From the human T2T-CHM13v2.0 reference genome, Homo sapiens: a stretch of DNA of 64,000 nt. Below are positions 55,990-64,000 of the stretch, one piece after another. The notes under the pieces are model-generated. The model searched no databases and was not told the origin of the DNA. It worked only from the letters and a program-made list of their open reading frames with translations. The translations under genes were made by a program, and so were the position numbers. The stretch lies in assembly GCF_009914755.1 (NCBI RefSeq), contig NC_060927.1; one strand, 5' to 3'. Within the stretch, counting starts at the first letter, position 1; the number at the start of each line of letters is the position of its first letter.

Positions 55990-56740
55990 CATCCATCCTC
56001 CTTTCTTTCTCCTCATCATCTCAGCCTCTCAGCAGCATTCGATGCAGTTGGCCACTCTCTACTTGGCTTTTGCGGCACCACACTTTCCTGCTTCTCTCCA
56101 GCTTCCCTTCTCATTCCTTCTCAGCCTCCCTTACAGGCTCATCCTCTGAATGATAAATGTTGAATGACCTCAAGGCTCAGTCCTTGTCCATCTTCCAGTC
56201 TCACTCCCTTCTCTCTCCCCAGGTGGGTTCTTCAATGCCTACATCAATTATCACCTACTCCCCTATGACTCCCAAACATGCCTTTCCCTCCAGACCTCTC
56301 CTCTGAACTCCAGACCCTTCTATCCCACTGCCCACCTAACATCACCACTGGGACATCTCCCAGGCACCCCAAATTCTGCATGTTCCAAACTGAACACCTT
56401 CTTCCAGGTTTTCCCTGTCTTGGTGAATGACATAACCATCCTCCAGCTCTCCTAAGCCTGGATTCACCCCTTCATCTCCTTCTACCTCACCCTCCATAAT
56501 CATCAACTCCTGACTATTTTGCCTTCTGAATAGCTTAAGATTCCTTCTGCTTTGTTCCATCTTGACAGCCAGCATCATGACTCACTAGGCTGCTGCAGTA
56601 ACCTCTCATCTGGGCTTTCTGCACCCACTCTATTCATAAAGCAGCAGCCAGCGGTGTCTTTGAAACACAAATATATCCACATCGTATGGCTAAACACTCT
56701 AGTGGTCTCCCATTGTTCCTAAGAGAGAGGTCAAATCCTT
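55990..56740. mobile_element. L2 fragment
   Basis: ctctcagcagcattcgatgcagttg..., ctctcctctgaactccagacc. Confidence 0.7.
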
Positions 56741-56828
56741 AAAAGGATGGCTTAACTGATAATGGTACAGGAGTTGGTCATCATCCTGTTTGTTCTCAGA
56801 CACTTTCTCTGACTTTGGCCTTCTCTGA

Positions 56829-57662
<834 letters not shown>

Positions 57663-57829
57663 AACAAGGTATTTTTGATTACTTCAAATTATTAAAAGTG
57701 GGGCCAGCTGTTGCTGGGAGGGTAAAGACCCTTTTGCTATACTTTCCAGTAGAGGGCTTTTACTGAAAGAAAAAAGAAAAAAAAAAAAGACACCTTTGCT
57801 GTGGAAGGATTCAAATCAGACGTTGCCAA

Positions 57830-58885
57830 AAGAAGACATATAAATGGCCAACAAGCATATAAAAAATACTCATCACCACTAATGATCAGAGAAATGCAGA
57901 TTACAGAATGAGATACCACCTCACACCAGTCAGAACAGCTACTGTTAAAAAGTCAAAAAACAACAAACGTTGGTGAGGATGTTGAGAAAGGGAATGCTTA
58001 TACACTTTTGAGGAGAATGTAAATTAGTACAAACTATATGGAAAACAGTATGGAGACCAGGCATGGTGCTCACACCTGTAATCTCAGCACTTTGGGAGGC
58101 TGAGGTGGGAGGATCACTTGAAACCAAAGGGGTCAAGGCTGGCTGCACTAAGCCGTGATCACACCACTGCACTCCGGCCTGGGTGACTGAGTGATACCCA
58201 GTCTCAAAAAAAAAAAAAAAAAAAAAGTCAAAACCAGTATGGAGAACTGCCATTTGGTCCAGCAATCCCACTATTGGGTATCTCCTCAAAGGAAATCATT
58301 ATATTAAAAAGATAACTGCACACATATGTTTATCACAGCACTATTCACAATAGCAAAGATATGGAATCAACCTAAGTATTCACCAATGGGTGACTGGGTA
58401 AAGAAAATGTATGTGTGTGTGCACGTGTGTGTGTGTGTGTGTACACATATCCATACATGGAATACTACTCAGCCATAAAAAAGAATGGAATCATGTCTTT
58501 TTCATCAATGTGGATGGAACTGGAGGCCATTATTATCTAAGTGAAACATCTCAGAAAGAGAAAGTCAAATACAGCATGTACTCTCTCAATAATCAGTAAC
58601 TAAATAATGTGTACATATGTACTTAGAGAGTAGAATAATAAACACTAAAGTCTAGGAAGGATGGGAGGGTAAGAAGGTGGGAGCAGGGGTAAGGGATAAG
58701 AAATTACTTAGAGAGTAGAATAATAAACACTAAAGTCTGGGAAGGATGGGAGGGTAAGAAGGTGGGAGCAGGGGTAAGGGATAACAAATTACTTAATGTG
58801 TACAATGTACATTATTCAAGTGATGGCTACACTAAACGCCTAGACTTCATCATTATGTAATATAGCCATATAACAAAACTGTGCT
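57830..58885 (+). mobile_element. L1MA/MB 3' end containing an AluJ-type monomer (about 58056-58226) and an 85-bp tandem duplication (58621-58790)
   Basis: L1 3' motifs (aatgagataccacctcacacc, tggaatcaacctaag, tggatggaactggaggccatt). Confidence 0.85.
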
Positions 58886-58975
58886 TGTACCTCCCAAATC
58901 TATTTTTTTTTTGAGACTGAGTGTTGCTTTGTCACCCAGGCTGGAGAGCAGTGGCGCAATCTAGGCTCACTGTAA

Positions 58976-59131
<156 letters not shown>

Positions 59132-59304
59132 TGATCCACCCGTCTCAGCCTCCCAAAAGTGCTGGGATTACAGGTGTGAGCCACTGCACCCAACCCGTAA
59201 ATCTATTTTTAAACAACAACAACAACAAAAGTTGTTGAACAATCAACAACTTGAAGCTAAAGAACAACCTGGGTTCTTTGGGTATTTTGTTTTATTTTAT
59301 TTAA

Positions 59305-59553
<249 letters not shown>

Positions 59554-60144
59554 TAGCCTCCCAAAGTGCTGGGATTACAGGCGTGAGCCACTGTGTCCGG
59601 CCTCTTTGGGTATTTTAATGCTAATGTATTAGTCTGCTTCAGAACTTACACTGCTCAAAATAGCTTCTCTGTGTTTCTAAGACCATATAGCACTGCACTA
59701 TATTACTTCCTAATTCTTGATCTTCAAATAGATATGCTATTGGACCATGCAGAGAATTGGGCATTTTAAAGGATGGTGAGTTTCTTACTAGAAACTTAGC
59801 TTTACTATTTTCCTTAAACAGTTAATCTTAGGATGTATTTTCAGAGAGAAAACTTTAAAATTGAGAACATGTACACCATTAATAATGCTTTAAATGATGC
59901 AAAGGGTAATGAAAGACCTGGGCAAGAGCATTTTTTTCTTTTCTCTAGGTTACAAAATGGGTCCTAAAAATACTAAAATATTTAAATTGCTTTCTACTAT
60001 CATAAAAGTTATGATTTTTCATTCAAAATGAAACATCCCTTAATCTAAAATAAAAGTTGAGGCCGGGCGCAGTGGCTCATGCCTGTAATCCCAGCACTTT
60101 GGGAGGCTGAGGCGGGCAGATCACTTGAGGTTAGGAGGAGTTCA

Positions 60145-60416
<272 letters not shown>

Positions 60417-61378
60417 TTAGTCTTCTTTTTGTGGTGGAATATAGTAAATTGTTGAGTTACAATAGTGTGTTAGAAATCTTGCATGATATTTAATAAATCT
60501 GACCTCCCTGTCTTCTAGCTGCATGGGGCATCACAGCTTTCCGAGGTCATGTGCAAATGCTGAATTGGCTGCTCTATACTAGATGTGCATGGGACACAGG
60601 AACCCATCTTCTTCTACATCGCTTAGGCCTTTCTCCCCTCGAATCTGCATATTAGAAAAGCAGAATTTTGGACTAAATTTTGATGATTGATGGTCATGAT
60701 TTATTATGATGATTATTATTTATTGTTATTATTTTTTTGAGACGGAGTCTTGCTCTGTCGCCCAGGCTGGAGTGCAGTGGCACTATCTCGGCTCACTGCA
60801 AGCTCCACCTCCCGGGGTTTCACCGTGTTAGCCAGGATGGTCTCGATCTCCTGACCTTGTGATCTGCCCACCTTGGCCTCCCAAAGTGCTGGGATTACAG
60901 GCATGAGCCACCGCGCCCGGCCTGATGGTCGTGATTTAAAAGCTAATACTTTTTGATCACTTCTTTGTGCCAGGCATTTGGCATTTAATTCTCTCAAAGC
61001 TTACCCAAGAATCAACATTTATTACCTGTTTTATAAATGATGAAACTAAGGCTCAGAGAAGTTAAGTAACTTGCTGAAAGTCACACAGCTAGGACTTGCT
61101 AAAGCCAGGATTCAGATTTCCCAAGCAGTGCTGGACTTAGTGCTCTTAACTGTTGGGCCACATCCCCAACCCCAGGTTTCTGGTACGTTTCCCCACTTGG
61201 CGCAAGGGATGCTGACTGTGCCCAGCACTTTTGGCAAAGTGTGTGCTCTGCTTCTAATATAAGAATTCAATGCTGTTCTTTAATTGAACCTATAATTACT
61301 GTTTCATTAAGTTGGGAAAATCTCTGGATCCTATTGTTAGCAATCACAGAAAGTGTTCCAGCCGGGCATGGTAGCTCA

Positions 61379-61879
<501 letters not shown>

Positions 61880-61990
61880 GTATTGTCAGGTGAGCAAAAC
61901 TTTAAAAATAATGGTAGGTACCATATTATCATTTTATAACTTCTATATTTTGTGTCAAATATTATTTAAACTTGTTGTCACCAGTCAGAT

Positions 61991-62022
<32 letters not shown>

Positions 62023-62719
62023 ATTATATGTTTTGAGACAGAGTCTCACTCTGTCGATCTCGGTTCACTGCAGCTTCCGCCTCCTGGGTTCAGGCGATTC
62101 TCCTGCCTCAGCCTCTCAAGTAGCTGGGGCTACAGGAGTCCGCCACCATGCCCAGCTTATTTTTGTGTTTTTAGCAGAGACGGGGTTTCGCCATGTTGCC
62201 AGGCTGATCTCAAACTCCTGGCTTCCAGTGATCCACCCGCCTCAGCCTCCCACAGTGCTGGGATTACAGGCAGGAGCCACTGCACCCAGCCAGATTATTT
62301 TTAATTAATAAGAAAGTGAACCAGGCACAGTGGCTCACGCCTGTAATTTAGCACTTTGGGAGGCCAAGGAGGGCGGATCACTTGAGGTCAGGAGTTCAGA
62401 ACCAGCCTGGGCAACATGGTGAAACCCCATGTCTACTAAAAATATGAAGATTAGCTGGGCCTGGTGGCAGGTGCCTGTAGTCTCAGCTACTTGGGAGACT
62501 CGCTTGAGCCCAGGAGGCAGAGGTTGCAGTGAGCTAAGATCACGCCACTGCACCCTAGCCTGGGCGACGACAGAGTGACAGAGTGAGACCCTGTCTAAAA
62601 AAAAAGAAAAGAAAAGAAAGTGAGTTATTTATTCAGATCTATTTTTATTGATTAGAAAACAGATGATAAGAAAAACTCCCTCTTTTTAAGAATGACAAAG
62701 TTACATAAATAAAGGTAAG

Positions 62720-63070
62720 TCTGTGCTCTCCAATAAGTAGCCACATGTGGCTACTTATTTCAAATACTAAGTAGAACATGTGGCTACTTAGCATTTGAAA
62801 TTTGCCTGGTTTGAATTGAAATGTGTTGTAAGTGTAATGTACAAACCAGATTCTGCGAACTCAGGACACATACACAAAAAAGAATGTAAAATATCCCATT
62901 GGCAACTTTTACATCAATTACATGTTGAAATGATAATATTTTGGATATACTGAGCTAACTAAAATATAACTATTAAAGTTAATTTCGCCTGTTTTTTTTT
63001 TATCATATTAATGTAGTTGCTAGAAAATTTTTAATTACATATGTGGCTTCATATTTTCTACTGGGCAGTA
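62720..63070. mobile_element. MER33-like DNA transposon
   Basis: ctgtgctctccaata..gtagccacatgtggcta...gttgaaatgataatattttggatata. Confidence 0.75.
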
Positions 63071-63202
63071 TTGGGTTAAGTGATTACTTAGGGATAAAAG
63101 AAAGTATTAGCATGAGTGGAATCAAGCAGTTCATAGCATACGTGTTTACCAGTGAAAGCATTTTTTTTCCCCAGTGATAAGCTTAAATATCTCTGTGATA
63201 TC

Positions 63203-63569
<367 letters not shown>

Positions 63570-64000
63570 CTACCTTGCTAGGCTGCCACTACATTCCTAA
63601 GAACCACGGGAAAAGGCATTTGCTCCTCCGAAGAAATTATCAGACCAATTTCTCACTACTGAACAATGTGGACCGGGGTAACATATAAAGAACAGAAAAG
63701 TATCCAACATTTCCCGTGTTGGTTTCAAAGCAGACAGCATGGTTCAGAGCAGCGGGCACCGGTGCAGATCGCCCATCTCCACGGCAGAGGTGATCGTTTC
63801 CAGCGCAGCGGTGCAAAGCCAAAGGGCACCCACGAGTTCATTACATAATTCCTGGTAGCATGAGGCCAAGTGTGTATGTGCTCTAGGGGAACAGTCGGAG
63901 GCTCTGACAGGCAGAGCAAGGCGATCATGACTATGTTTTCACAAAGTGTATGCTAGCAGTTGTTTGGAAAAAGACTGACCAGCTTTTTTCCCCCTCCTTC

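Overview
Primate (human-like) nuclear DNA that is dense in Alu, L1, L2 and MIR elements. The central gene is RNF7 (SAG/RBX2): + strand, CpG-island promoter, three coding exons joining to an intact 113-aa RING-H2 protein. Its intron 1 holds a 264-nt MIR-derived exon with a premature stop. Upstream, the ORF track misses the 3' part of a spliced leucine-rich-repeat gene on the + strand. Three phase-compatible exons (529-664, 8217-8323, 16508-16620) and a probable tiny last exon (17073-17084) read as a ribonuclease-inhibitor-type LRR protein with a lysine-rich tail, broken only by one TAG codon, so it is a likely unitary pseudogene. Downstream lies a full-length, TSD-flanked, L1PA2-like element on the - strand. 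Its ORF1, ORF2 (14-aa in-frame deletion) and ORF0 (4-aa insertion) are all open, and its antisense promoter faces a candidate 101-nt non-coding exon; from memory GRK7 is the next gene, but no GRK7 coding sequence is visible here. Other items are an internally deleted GAPDH retrocopy, a 36-bp minisatellite and several local duplications of unique DNA, including an inverted copy of about 250 bp inserted inside an Alu. Repeat boundaries and subfamily calls were made by eye and are approximate.
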